Assembly: GCA_973851085.1 (NCBI GenBank)
Contig: OZ316776.1
Location: 13,082,001 to 13,146,000 of the forward strand
DNA from: Ptychomitrium polyphyllum
Taxonomy: Eukaryota
Direction of reading: 5' to 3'
Length of the DNA: 64,000 nucleotides
The position numbers were made by a program, and so were the translations under genes. Of the stretch, positions 38,071 to 51,400 are shown piece after piece. Under the pieces are notes generated by a model that ran no database searches, had not been told where the DNA came from, and saw only the letters and a list, made by a program, of their open reading frames with translations. Every line of letters begins with the position of its first letter. Position 1 is the first letter of the stretch.

Positions 38071-41000
38071 TGCTCCTCACATTTTTATCTTTTTCTACAT
38101 CACCCTCACATCCTCATAGAAGATAAAAGATTTTGGTAATTTGATTTGTCAAAAGTTGAACCTTTTATCTTGGACTTCGTACAAGAAGCAGATATTAAAG
38201 ATTGACGTCCTCCAAAATACGTACATGGCAACAATTTTTGTGAGTTTTGGTGACAAAAAATTAGCATTTGAATGTAAGTCTGTATTAGTGGAGAATGAAA
38301 TCCAAACTTCTAACTTTTCGTATAAAATAAAAACAAAATTTACATGTATACAGTTTGATAAAGACATGTTATACTACAACTAAAGGCTAAATTTTTCAAT
38401 TCTCGAATTTGGTCAAAATATAAAGGTCTTGATTGGTAAAAATCTATTAAAATATGCCAAAATTGAAATTTTAGGACTAACATGATATAAGAACCAACAT
38501 AGTATTGGCAACTTCTAATAAAGATACATGTTTCTAAAACAACATGTGAAAGCTTTTCAATTGAAAAAGTTAAATGTTTTGCTTAGTTTTGAATATTATA
38601 CAAACCTTAAGTGTTTAAGCAAAAAAAACAAGAACTTTAAAGAAGTCATTGTAAATGAAGTGTTTTTTTCTATCATATCTTAGTCTTCTAGAAGATGAAA
38701 TTTATGTATATGCCCCTCATCATGTGCATTCATAACTCACTTTAAATTACTCATCTATACAAATTTTTTTAATTAAAATTAGAAAAAATATAAATATTAT
38801 AATGAAAATTAAATATAAATACATATATGTGTGAAAGAAAAAAATACTCAAAAATCCATCACATAAATATACAAGAATTTTTTTTAGATGAAACAAAAAC
38901 ACTTATCATAATCCCTTCATTCTTATTTTTTATTCACTTAGTTGTTAAAGACTTTTTTCATTTCCTAAATGTAATACAAAGGTAGCATATTGAAAGTCAT
39001 AAATCATCATATTAAATGAAAATAATATTTTGAAATCCACCATCAAAGTGATCATTGAAATGATATGTCTACTTTCATTACTAGATTTAACAAACTTTAC
39101 AATTTATTGTCACAATTTCATCCATTGTACATCAAATGCTAATACTTTTTACACTTGATATTTAATTACATATGTTTGACATTTGTAACTTGCTATATAT
39201 ATGTTTATTTATTATTAGGCAATAACATGCCAAATGTATAAATACTCAAGGTCTATTGATGTTTTAATTTATAATCATTTTTTCCACTTACATAATGTAA
39301 TGTAGAAACATGTATTTCAACCTCCAAATATTAGTCTTTCTTTGTATGACAAAAGGTATAAGTTTAAAAATATTTATATTTTAATAGGATATAATCCATA
39401 CTATAAGAAACCACATCCATTATGTGCTTTGATATTATTATTAAAATGATTTATTACATGGACAATTGAAGGAGATTCTAATATTAAAAGATTTGCATAA
39501 ATTTTTGAATTTTATAATAACAAACCATGAATTTAGAGAATTTCTAAACTAGATTTGTAAATTCATCTATATTACATTCTAATGTCTATATATCAAGCAT
39601 CTTAAAGGAAATCTCAAAATTTTTGTAAGAGGTGAAATCAAATGAGTTTTTATTTTAAATTGATGTTACTATTCAAAAATATTATTTTGAATATAAATAT
39701 AAAAGGGAATTTTTCTATTTCTTAGACTTTACATCAATATAAATGAAAAATCAATAAAATATTTCTTAGCTTCTAATGTAGGGTTGTTAAAGTACTAATT
39801 ACACATAAATACATAAATGCTTTATGACTAAAAATAATATCAGTCATAGATGATATGTAAATTGTACATTTTATAATAAAATTAAATAATATCAATAAAA
39901 TAATGCCATTAATATGTTTTATAAAAGGCACAAAATGTATAATTTTAAAGAATGCATGTAAGAAAAATTAAATTATTAAAACACATAGAACAAGTGTAAA
40001 TACTTGTCCATTATATCAATAATGAATGGCTTTATAAGGTTTAACCATTGTATCTTAAAAATTGAATTTGATTAATTTTTTTATTGCAACAATGACCAAC
40101 AATTTATTTTCAATTATAAATACAAAAAAAATAATTAGAAGCATTTAGAATGAATTTAGATTCAATAATATATTTACTCTACAAAATATAACAATTCAAA
40201 TTAAAAATTGTAGACTTGCAATCACACACTTTCTTTTGAAGTTGTTAAAATTACTTTCATCAATGTTTAAATTGCAACTTCTATAAATAAGATCTTTTCA
40301 AATCCAACCACTTTAAATGCTTACATAATCCTTAAAGATCTAAATATATAACCATCAAAATAAATTTAAATTTTGATGTTTCATTTGGATGTTATAGTTG
40401 TTATAAAATAAATTTTTAATAATTTTTTTTAAGAAGTTAAAATGTTATATATAAGATATACTTCTTTCAATTGATTTTTGGAAAATATTAATTTATCAAG
40501 GTTTTTAAAATCAAGTTTTAAGAAATCTTTTTAATTTAAACTACAAAGCACATTAATAAAATATAAAAAACCTTCCAAAATGCATACTAAATGAAACACT
40601 TGATTTTTTTATTGTATTAAAAAAAGACGTGTTTATTTTTGACTTATGATGAAAAAACTTAAACTATGGAGAATAGTGTGATACAAGGTAATAGTTTTTA
40701 AATTATTATTCTTGTTAAATATTAATTTCACCTTTTTTTAAAGGACAAAATTGGAAGTAAGACCAAATGTATTTTGTTAGTAAAGCTAAAATAAAGATCA
40801 TTTTACTATTAATTTTATTTTTTTAATAACAAAGGTCTAAATATTTTGAGTTTATTATATATTGTTCATGTTTTGGCTTTTATAAGCCACTCAAAATTTA
40901 TGAAGTACAATATTTCAATAAAACTTTGGTGCCACTTGTAATTTCATCATTAATGTATATTTAGCAAATAATTAGATGAAAAATAACAAAATGAAAGACA

Positions 41001-42348
41001 ACTATGGTTGTTTAAAAAATAAAATTAATCATGTTTGAGCTGCTTATGTATTTAAATGATACCAAGCATGTTTGTAATCAAGTTTGTAAGAAATGCCAAA
41101 AGATAAACTTATGTCTTATGTTGTATAAATTCATATAAGTTGCCACCTACCATTATTGATACATATATTTATTAAAATATTTTTAGGCTTCTATAAAATT
41201 TTAGATGAAGCAATTTATTAGACATTGAATGATTTGTCTACGTTCAAATTTCTCAATGATTCAAAATGTGGTTCATTAGGCAATATAAATTCAAAATATG
41301 TTAAAATAATATATGGAAATCTAATGCATCATATTATTTTCCAATATTGAAAAATAAAAGCACATAAATGTTTTCATGCAAATGAACCTTTACACTTAAA
41401 TGAATTATTTTAAAGCATAAATTTGCAAAAACTTACTTTTTCTTCATCAACAACTATAATGATAATAGTAAACTATATCAATAATTATAATCAATAGAAG
41501 GTCAACAATTTTTACAGTTTATGGAGTTTGAGAATATTTAGTATAGAGTTATGCTACATGATTACTAAGCAACAGAATCAACATGACATACTTGAGTAGT
41601 ATAGTAGATTACTTCTTTTAATTTGGAAATTCAAATGCAACTATCAACTATTATCACACACAAAATACGAGTTCATTTTTACTAAATTCCAGAACCAGAT
41701 CTTTGGTGAATCTTCCACTTTATTCACTTCTCAAAGGGTAGACTCCAAGCTCGCTCTGTAATGTCCGAAGCCAGACTTGTACGTTTCACCAAAAGTTTCA
41801 AAATTACTATTATGGACCACGGAAAAGGTAATTCCGTAAACTCATCCCTGTGCATGTCATTCACTATTCCGAATCCCGCCAAATTCCGCACTATTCTCGG
41901 ACGAGACGATTCCAAATCTAGAACACTCTAACCTATCTATTGCGCGGGCCGATTCCGATGCGGAATCGGTCACTCTCGTTTCAGAGCAAGTGTGCGCCGT
42001 GAAGGAGACGCAAAAATAACGTTGTCGGCAGAATGAGAAGCGCACCGTGCGATTTCGGCGTCGAGAGTGTGAGGAAGCTTGGAGCCCAAGCTTGATCATG
42101 TTACCATGTCCGAAGTCAGGGAAGGGCGCGTTATCATCGTCGCATTCGCCGACATGAGAAGAGTGACTAGGATAATCGATCAGTTGAGCATGGTAGTGTT
42201 CTCGGCGTGATTATCATGCTGATGTGAGGTGGTTGAAGGGAGACGAGCTTGTTTTCATGTGTTGAGAAAAAGTCAAGTCCGCGCGCGAGGGAGAGGGAGA
42301 AGGAGAGGATAGATTGTTTGATTTCGGTAAGCTGTGATTTGAGAAACG

Positions 42349-44502
42349 ATGGCGACGAATAGCAAGGCGAGAGCCGCGGCCACATTAGGGTTTAGAGCGC
42401 TGTCAACGTCGACGCGATCGGTGAGTTACGGCGGAGTGGGGTCGTCGTCTCGATTGCTGTCAGGTTTTCCGCAGCGTGGCGCTGACAATTGGGTGACGAA
42501 AGCGCTCGGGAGTTGGACGCCGGTGCGGGGGTTTAGGAGTGGGAGAGATGATCCGAGTTTTCGGTATGAGATGTCGATGCCAACGAATTGGGGCGTGCGG
42601 ATCGTTCCGGAGAAGAGCGCCTTCGTGATCGAGCGGTTTGGGAAGTATCTGAAGACGCTGGGATCAGGTTTGTTGGGATGAATTGTGTAGTTCCTGGCGA
42701 GGGAATGTGTTGAATTCTCTGCGCTCTGTAATAGGGTAATGTTTATGCCTGTCAGTGTTTTCTTGATTCGGTTCTTGATGAAAGAGTTTTACTCGTTGAC
42801 TGTTAGAGCCTTACACTGAGAGGAGGACACATTGATTGTTGAGAAGGAATCTAAACCGTGCTGTAAGTTTATGTGCTTGAACTCTGTGGCAATGTCGGAG
42901 TAAGAATCTGACTGGTAATACGTTGGGAGCAGGTATTCATGTTATGATTCCTCTCGTGGACAGGATTGCCTATGTGCATTCCTTGAAGGAGGAAGCTATT
43001 CCTATTCCGAACCAAACTGCTATTACGAAAGATAACGTCAGCATTTCAATTGACGGAGTTCTATACCTTAAGATAGTGGACCCTATTCGGGCTTCATATG
43101 GAGTGGAGAATCCGATTTATGCTATCATTCAGGTACTTAGCAGTTCAATCGTTTTTTCTCTTCGGATGACTTGGATCTTGAAGATCTGATAAATAGTTCT
43201 TTGTCTTGTCTTATTTTGTTTCACCAGTAGATTATGATGCTCTAGTTCTGGGGATGCTGGTGACCAGCGTCTATAGACCTTTTTTCGTCACTGTCTGTTT
43301 AGCAAATTCTGAAAATACAGCTACAACATTAGCGGGACTAAATTGATTAGACCGATATCAAATCATGAACCAGTGTGTTTGTAGATTGTTTCCTTCTGTG
43401 TTCGTTAATTAGTATCGCTTAATGCTGTTCTGGTGCTGTTCTTCGATATTATCTTGTCATTTTTTTAATTCAGATTGGAGCCGTGATTTGTTTCTGATGA
43501 CGGTCATTTATGCTGACTACAGCTCGCCCAAACAACCATGAGGTCGGAACTTGGTAAGATCACTCTTGACAAGACTTTCGAAGAAAGAGATACTCTGAAC
43601 GAAAACATCGTGAAGTCGATTAATGAAGCTGCATTGGACTGGGGTCTCCAGTGTCTGCGGTATGAGATTCGAGACATATCTCCACCTCCAGGTGTGAGAG
43701 CGGCTATGGAGATGCAAGCAGAGGCAGAACGGCGAAAGAGAGCGCAGGTTCTTGAGTCCGAAGGAGAGAGACAATCTCACATCAATATTGCTGACGGAAA
43801 GAAGAACTCAGTAATTTTGGAATCCGAGGCAGCCATGATGGATCAGGTAGGCGTGCTTCCCAGGCTTTCTGACCCTACTCCTGTATTTGAAAGATGGACA
43901 AATAAGAAAAGGATTTATGTGCTTACGATGTTTTAATAGTTCAATGTTTTTTTTTTTTCCAGATAATGATTTGAGAACTGGTTCAAGAGTGTCAACAGCA
44001 AGATGGGGTTGAAATCTGTGGTTGCTTATACCGGTAGTTTAGTTTAACATGTCTCATGGTGTACATGCTTCAGGTGAACCGTGCGAAGGGAGAGGCGGAA
44101 GCTATTTTGGCCCGTGCTGAAGCAACTTCGAAGGGTATCCACTTGCTGTCAGATGCCATTCGTGCGGAGGGAGGGTCTGAGGCGGCATCTCTTCGTATCG
44201 CAGAACAGTATTTGCAGGCCTTTAGCAACCTTGCGAAGGAAAGCACCACAATGCTTCTGCCCAACAATACTTCTGATCCCGCTGCTATGGTGGCTCAAGC
44301 CTTGTCCATTTACAAGGGAATTGTTGGTGTGGATGGTGTTTCAACACGGATGTCCACTGGTGGACCTGCGCCAAAGGGTCGCCCTTCAGGGCCTTGGAAA
44401 CCTACTCCTCTTGAGCATGAGAAGGAGAGGATTAGCCCGGAGCCTACACGATTAGAGTCACCGACTGTTGCCCGGAACTTTACTCTCCAAACTCCAACTT
44501 AA
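42349..44502 (+). CDS. Stomatin-like protein (SPFH/band 7), mitochondrial, SLP1/SLP2 family
   Basis: 4 exons (42349-42667, 42933-43132, 43523-43846, 44074-44502). Motifs [70 protein letters not shown]; mitochondrial-type presequence. Confidence 0.95.
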
Positions 44503-47500
44503 GGTTGTGTAGATCTTAATTCGTGTTCCAACATTGGCTTGTACTGTGTGTGGAACATGCTTCGTTTGCGAGGAGCTCTGCTCTGGAAGATTAGTTACCG
44601 AGAAAGTATGGACCAGATTTTGTGAGTATGGGTTGCTGCTGGTTAGATTAGATGGTTCAAAGGAATGAGTTGCTGGAGTCATGCTGGGAAAAACGCTCAC
44701 CTACTGGGTTTAACGGCATAGTTCGGTTCTGTTAGGCGGCACAAGTTAGACTTTCAATTGCTTCTACGGTATGTGCCTGGAAGTACATCTTGGCGACTAC
44801 CTCCATGAGCGAACTGCTAAATTTAGCTGCGAGAATGTGATATCGCCAATGAGAATCTGAATTCATGTGAGGAGCTTGGATATTGGCTCCTCTATTGTTG
44901 TTGGATGCACCTTCTTGGTGAGTTGTAATTGCACATGCTATGGTCGCTGAGTTAGGTATTCTCTCTTGTGACATATAGGTGATCGATTGAAAAGCTTTTT
45001 CTACGAGGTAGAGGGAACATGATTTGTTATCAGTAGAACCTGTTGGTCAGGAAAACATACTAGGATGATTGAAGGTTGTTCTTTAGATCAGTAGGCAGTT
45101 GAATGTGGAGGGAAGAGAACCTTGATGTTATGCTCATGAAGCAGTCTCATGTCTCAAGGGGTGACTTTACAATTTGAAACGTGGTTTCATTTTCGACGAA
45201 TGCTGCCCGAGGTCGCTTTTTAGACTCTGGCATAGCATATTAACTGGTTGTGTGCATTAGCATATGGTAAATATTTCACTACCGTATTCACATAACAGGT
45301 TCTTCAATGTTGGATGATGGAGGTTTTGAGAATTTATTTTTCGAGAAAGAAAACTTTGCATAGGAAAATGGATTTTAGGCAATATTTGTTTTGAAAATAT
45401 CTGTTTTTGGAAAATATTACATTGATATTATTCACATCACCCCTGCAGGTGAGGATGAGTTCACAACTGGTCTCACTGGTTTTTGTGGTTTGATAAATTT
45501 TGTGAATATAATTCGAATCTAATGAAATCAATCTTATGTTTTATTAACAAATTTTTAAAATACCATCAGCTTAGTGAGATCAAATGCCATTTATAGTATA
45601 TTTAATATATGTAGAAAAAAGTGAGTAAGGGAATATCTGTAAGTGAAAACTTTGTTATGATGATCTATATAAACTATTAATAAGAGTTGAAATGTATGTA
45701 AAAATAAAACTTATATTGATTTGAAATGGTACATGATACTAATAAAAACAAAATATACAAGAATTTTAGCTTCATTCTAAATCTTGTAATTTTTAATGTG
45801 ACTTCCATAATTTCAATTAAATTCCACTTTAAACTTTTTAACATTGTATAATATATATATATTATAACTTCTTTTTTAACCATTTAAATTATCCCATTTA
45901 TGCTTATGGTTTGGATTTTTGAATGAAAGTGATTTAAAATTGTAAAACTCATGTTGTGACAAACAAAATAAATTTTTGTTTTTTGGAATGTATTTATGTT
46001 TATAAAAAATGAATTTTTATAGAAGGTTCTAAGAAGTTTCGCTTAGTTCAGAGCACAATATTTTGAAATAAACTTTTTTCATTAATGTAACTCATGATTT
46101 TAGTCACTTATAAAAATGACTCAAAATAATAACAATAATAAATTTTTGATAAATTTTCTTAATATAATAGTTTTTAAATGATTTGTTTAACTTTTTCTTA
46201 CATAAAAATCATATCAAATTTCTAAAGTGCTCCAAAGAATGTAATAGAAGAGATTGATGAGTTAGTTGTTTTACCAAACTTAAAGTGATTTTCAAGGACC
46301 ATTAATGCTCCCAATTCACAATCTTACAACTTCTTTTAGTTTGGTGTTGTTAGTAAAGAATTATTTCAATTTGGAGGTAATTTTCTTGTAGTTAGTTTGA
46401 ACACTTGGTTTTGAGTTCACTACTATAAATATAGTAATTTTCATTCTTAATACCACTTTCTCTATCTCTCCAACATTCCACATTTTACTTACTCCAAATT
46501 CACAAATAATCTTCAAAATTCAAAATTTTGAAAATTTGGCTTCTTTTAAGAGTCACTACTTTCTTTTTTATCTTCTTTCCAATATTTTTTTTGACATGTC
46601 CATTATCTACATACATTAATAGAAGATGCACAAGTAAATAGACACTTTAGATTGCAATAAAAAAAACATTTCATAGTAGAGTAGTGTATGTAACAAAACA
46701 AGCTTACACACCAAGAAGTTTGAGGACATCCATTCTTTATTTGAAAGAAGCCTCAACTATAGTGTTTACACAATCTTTGTATGCGCAAAATTGGCAATAA
46801 ATGCACTCACGCTAGATGTGGCATGGAAGCAAAGTTGACATTCATTTACATCAATTTGACATCCAATTATTTTGACAACTCAAAGCACAACATTAAAAAT
46901 ACGAGAATATTTAAAGAACATAAGAGATGACCAAAAATCTCAATATCCATGCTATTACCACAAAACTTGCCAAATAATGCCAACTTTTGGTAATTTGCTC
47001 AATTATAATAAAACAAAAAAATGAAATGGTTAATAAAATTATACAAATTAAAATCATCTATAGCTTCTACACCATATTTATCCAACAATAACAAATTACA
47101 CAAGAAAGTTACATAAGACAATATGTGATCTACCTAAATATACAACTAATACTTTCATATAGCTCTCACATGGCCTATTTAATATGCAAGTACATATATA
47201 TGTTTTAAATTGTATATTTAAGATGTATTATAGAATTACTTTTAAAAACCTTTATTAACATTGAAAGGCTTGGCCACATCTATAAAAGTCTTGCACATTA
47301 CGTACTTGCAAAATACAGCAAACATAAAACATTCTATTCATAAAATACTATAATTGCGTAAAATTATCCATTACCTGCGTACTATTTTTACTCAAATTTG
47401 TAAGAAAGGTACATTTTAGAAGTTGTACTAAAAATTTCCATTGAGCATTAACATTATTGGAAATAGTACGGATGTACCAAACACAAACTTTTTAAAATTG

Positions 47501-47918
47501 TACCAAAATAGTTTCTTATATTCATAAACAAACACTTTTTATATATTTTTTTGAAATAAGATGTATTACACTATCCAATGGCTTACAATTAATAATACTA
47601 AAACATATAAATTTGCACAAAAAAAGACTAAAAAATATAGTGCTATACTATTTGCCATTCATAATGTCCCCTCTCCTATTCCCAATACCACTTTCTTTGT
47701 ACATTCAAGTTTGAATACACTATTCTTAATCATTTAATATTCCTAAGAATACAACCACCTTCCATATACTCACCATTATTACTAGACTTTTAACATTCTA
47801 AACCACCTATGTTTATAACTAAAACACCTCTAGATTTCTCAATGAATACAAAAAGTGAACACAAAAAGTGCAAGTATATAAATGAATACCAAATTTCTAA
47901 AATATAAACTTCCCAGTG

Positions 47919-49080
47919 TGTTGCGCACCTCTCCTTCAAGAGTGCCCGCAACACTTAGAGCACAAAAAAGACCTTGGAGTGACGTCCGGGACTTGTGGCA
48001 CCAATAGTGAAGTGGGCCAAGTAGGCCTAGTGTGGGAAGGATCCTGAGGGGGAGAAACATCCTTGTCCATATAATTTGAGGGCTACGAGGGAGAAATTGT
48101 AGGCATTATAGGACTTACGATGAGTTGATTTTAGAATCCTAAAGATTACTCAAATCGGATAAGAGAGCTAAAAGATATGACATCTCAAAGTTGGGACTGC
48201 CAAGGGGCTGTTCTGGACTGTGGCAGCCCTAGTCAGTGGCTGTACTAGACTGGGACAGTGCAGGGAGAGAATCCCTGGAAGTCCCAAACCTTGGGAGAAG
48301 CATATCTCCCAGAATACTAAGTTAAATTGGACGTTTGAGGACTCTATTGGTATCTACGCAAAGAATAGATGACGATAAATTGGTCGCTTGGTAGATTCAA
48401 ACACCAAACATGGAAGATATGGCTCCCTGAAGGTCCGTAGGAAGTCCCAGAGGCTTCTAATGGCTAAGTCCTAAGGGAGATCGGGTGGTATTCCAAAGTT
48501 TTTGGTGTGTCGAAGTTCAACTAGCTACAGAAGGCAAGGGGGCCTGCCAAATCCCACAAAGAGTACTATAGGGGAGGGCTGGTCCCCCTCTTCACTGCCC
48601 TAGTGTCCTTGTAGGAACCAAGGGTGAGTCCCGGTTGGTAGAGCTAGTGTTGAGGCTTCACCACGGGAACTTCCATACCATTGAGACTTGATGGGTGACC
48701 GGTTTCACAAAAGGAATTAGTGACATTAAAAAGGTACGCTTGTTATCACTAAGTTGAGGTGGTGTTTTCACGCCGGCACTATAAACCCGGGATGATCTTA
48801 TGATCATATGGGAATCATGTATGGTAGTGAGGAGACACCGCTAAGTGCGGTTAGGCCGTGTGGAATGGAAGTAACACCAAGTGAGGCCTTGGATATGAAT
48901 GAAAGTCCGCACCTAACCATTGGTTACCAATCAATTGGGTGTCCTAAGAGAAATGGTAGGAGAAATTGGAAACCAAGCTTGGGACTTGGAGAGTGAAAAA
49001 GAGGGTTAACCATGTGTATGTGGGGTGTACAGGGTTGACGCACGTGACGTTTGTTAAGGTGTATTACAAGGGTTGCAACA
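47919..49080. mobile_element. Solo LTR of an LTR retrotransposon (1,162 bp)
   Basis: Starts TGTTGC and ends GCAACA (TG...CA inverted termini). Flanked by an exact 5-bp TSD CAGTG (47914-47918 and 49081-49085). GC content jumps sharply versus the flanks, and there is no internal coding domain. Confidence 0.92.
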
Positions 49081-51138
49081 CAGTGCCAATGACTCTTTCT
49101 AATAATATAGTTAATAATAAGTGCCTAATTTAAAACAAACGATTTCTATGAAATAAAAACACAATTATAAATAATATTATCACAATATTAATTTAATCTT
49201 ACACAAAGATACAAATTATGCATGTTGTTAATCTATTGAAAAGGTCTTGTTTTGGAAGAACAGCCTATCCATCTAATTCATGTCCAAATTATAACTTATT
49301 AAAACCTACCACATTGCTATACTGAAAGACAATTATTATGTGATTACTACCATATGCATGTAGTAATTAAAGATATCAATGCAATATAAGATTCAAATAA
49401 AACACATTATGTGTCAAAAACTTTTTATATTAACAAAGTCCTTTATATAACTTCCTTCAGACATTCTAGATCCAAAATCATTAAATAATTTGTTGAATTC
49501 ACATGCTGTAATAGCTTCTTATTTGAAACAACAGATATCAATATCAATAGATAAAACCAATATATACCAATCACTCATCAATATCACCAAATTCAAATGA
49601 TGGACAATTAGACTTATTATAATCATCATAATTGATGCTAAAGCAATAACATATAAGCTATCAATAGCATTCTTCAAAGACAAATCAAATATCCTCCATA
49701 TATTCTTAAAATACCTTTAAACATTGACACAATTGCTATACAATAGACTATATTCATATTCCTAAGAAAAAAATAATTAAAAAACAATCAAATTTCATCT
49801 AACATCTTAAATTCACTTTAATAATATATTATTTTTTAATAAAATTTTAAATTTTAAAAAACTTTGTAGCAGTACAAACCGTACTTTGTTAATGTTGGAT
49901 CTATAACACCAGATTGAATGTTGGATTAGGCTTTTTGGTTGATTTTTACATCTTTCCTATCTATTAATATATTCTTATAATAGTGCCAAGTCAATACAAT
50001 TTTACACCTCTACTCATTCATACACGTTCCAATTTTGAACTTGAATAAAAGAATTATAATATACATTGACATCCAATCAACAATCAAATTTATGATTTAG
50101 TGTCTAATTTTTACAAACACATATAATGTCCATCTCTTCTTGAAAAAAATACTTGTACACAACTATCATATGTTTGGAGGTAGAATGAACAAATTATTTA
50201 TTTACATTGGAGATTGAAATTTTTTTTTGGATTTTTTAAACATCTATTTATTAAAAATTCTATTAAATATATTTGTTCATGTACTTTTTATTATAATTTA
50301 TATTTTAATCAAAAATTGATAAAACCCCATCATTTTGGTATATGTGCTTCAATCATAAAGGCAAACTAAGTTAAAAAGAAGGTCAAACCATAGGTGAATC
50401 TTGAATAATGTATTGCAATATTTCCTAAGCATCCAAATTTTGAACAATAAATAAATTCAAATTAGTCACTTCATTAATGTTAGTCATTATTATCATCCAT
50501 CACATTTTTCCTTGATTCTTTGGTAAGTTAATAAGACTAGAATGATTTAGATCTCTATTACAACCTTGTTTTACTTTACAAAGAATATGTTAAAAATATG
50601 TATCATCAAAAATCACAACTTTTCTAGTTCAAAATTCAACCTTTTTAAAATGAAAATTTCAAAGTCAGTTATAAATTCTTACAAAGTTTCTAATGCTAAG
50701 GATTTTTTGCACTTGAGATTTCTCAAAAAAACCTTTCAGTTTAAGATTATCAACAAATTTTTTCTGATAATGAAATGTTGGAAGAATGAAAAAATTTAGA
50801 GTTAAAAACAACCATTTGAAAATATGGGTATCATGCAGACAGAAACCATAAAGGTACAGGCCACAAGATTTGTACTAGCATGCTGTAAAGATGAATTTCG
50901 TAACGCATAAAATGTGAAATTTTGAGGAACATTGAGGTAAGGGGCTAAGAATGAGAGCGAGAGATTTCATTTAACTCTGTTTGCCGACATCACTCCCAGG
51001 GCAAAGCCTCTCGCCCAGCACGTGCCCGACCCCTCCCCAACGTTCCCCTGGTTTCCGATCCTAAGGCTCCTGTTCCCTCCTGACCATCGGGCGGCCGTCT
51101 GAGGCCGCAGCGATCGACGGCTGTACCGCCCCAGGCAG

Positions 51139-51266
51139 AGCCCAGCCAAATGGCCCCGTAGCGCAGTGGCCAGGGTCCAGCCCAGCCTGGGTTTAGGGTT
51201 TAACACACTGCACACACCGAGTGAGCGAGAGGGCGCGAGAGCGAGAGGGAGAGCGAGAGAGAGAGA
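51139..51266 (+). promoter_or_regulatory. Site II (AGCCCA x2) + telo-box (TTAGGGTTT) + GA-repeat module upstream of TSR1
   Basis: AGCCCA at 51139 and 51179, telo-box at 51193-51201, GA-rich tract at 51224-51266. The site II plus telo-box combination is typical of plant ribosome-biogenesis promoters. Confidence 0.7.
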
Positions 51267-51400
51267 GCTGCAGGGAGTTTACCGTCGTCTTCACCAGTCT
51301 CCACCTTCATGGCTATGGCTGTGGCCACGCGCACCTCCGTCTCCTAGAGCTTCCTTCTCTCCTTCACACGGATTGATTCATTGCTTGGGCAACACTCGCC

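Noticed and set aside
49200..50200. Possible hAT transposase traces on the minus strand (VHHLNL, IRWIG)
   Set aside because: The matches are too short and their spacing does not fit the family; not supportable by eye.
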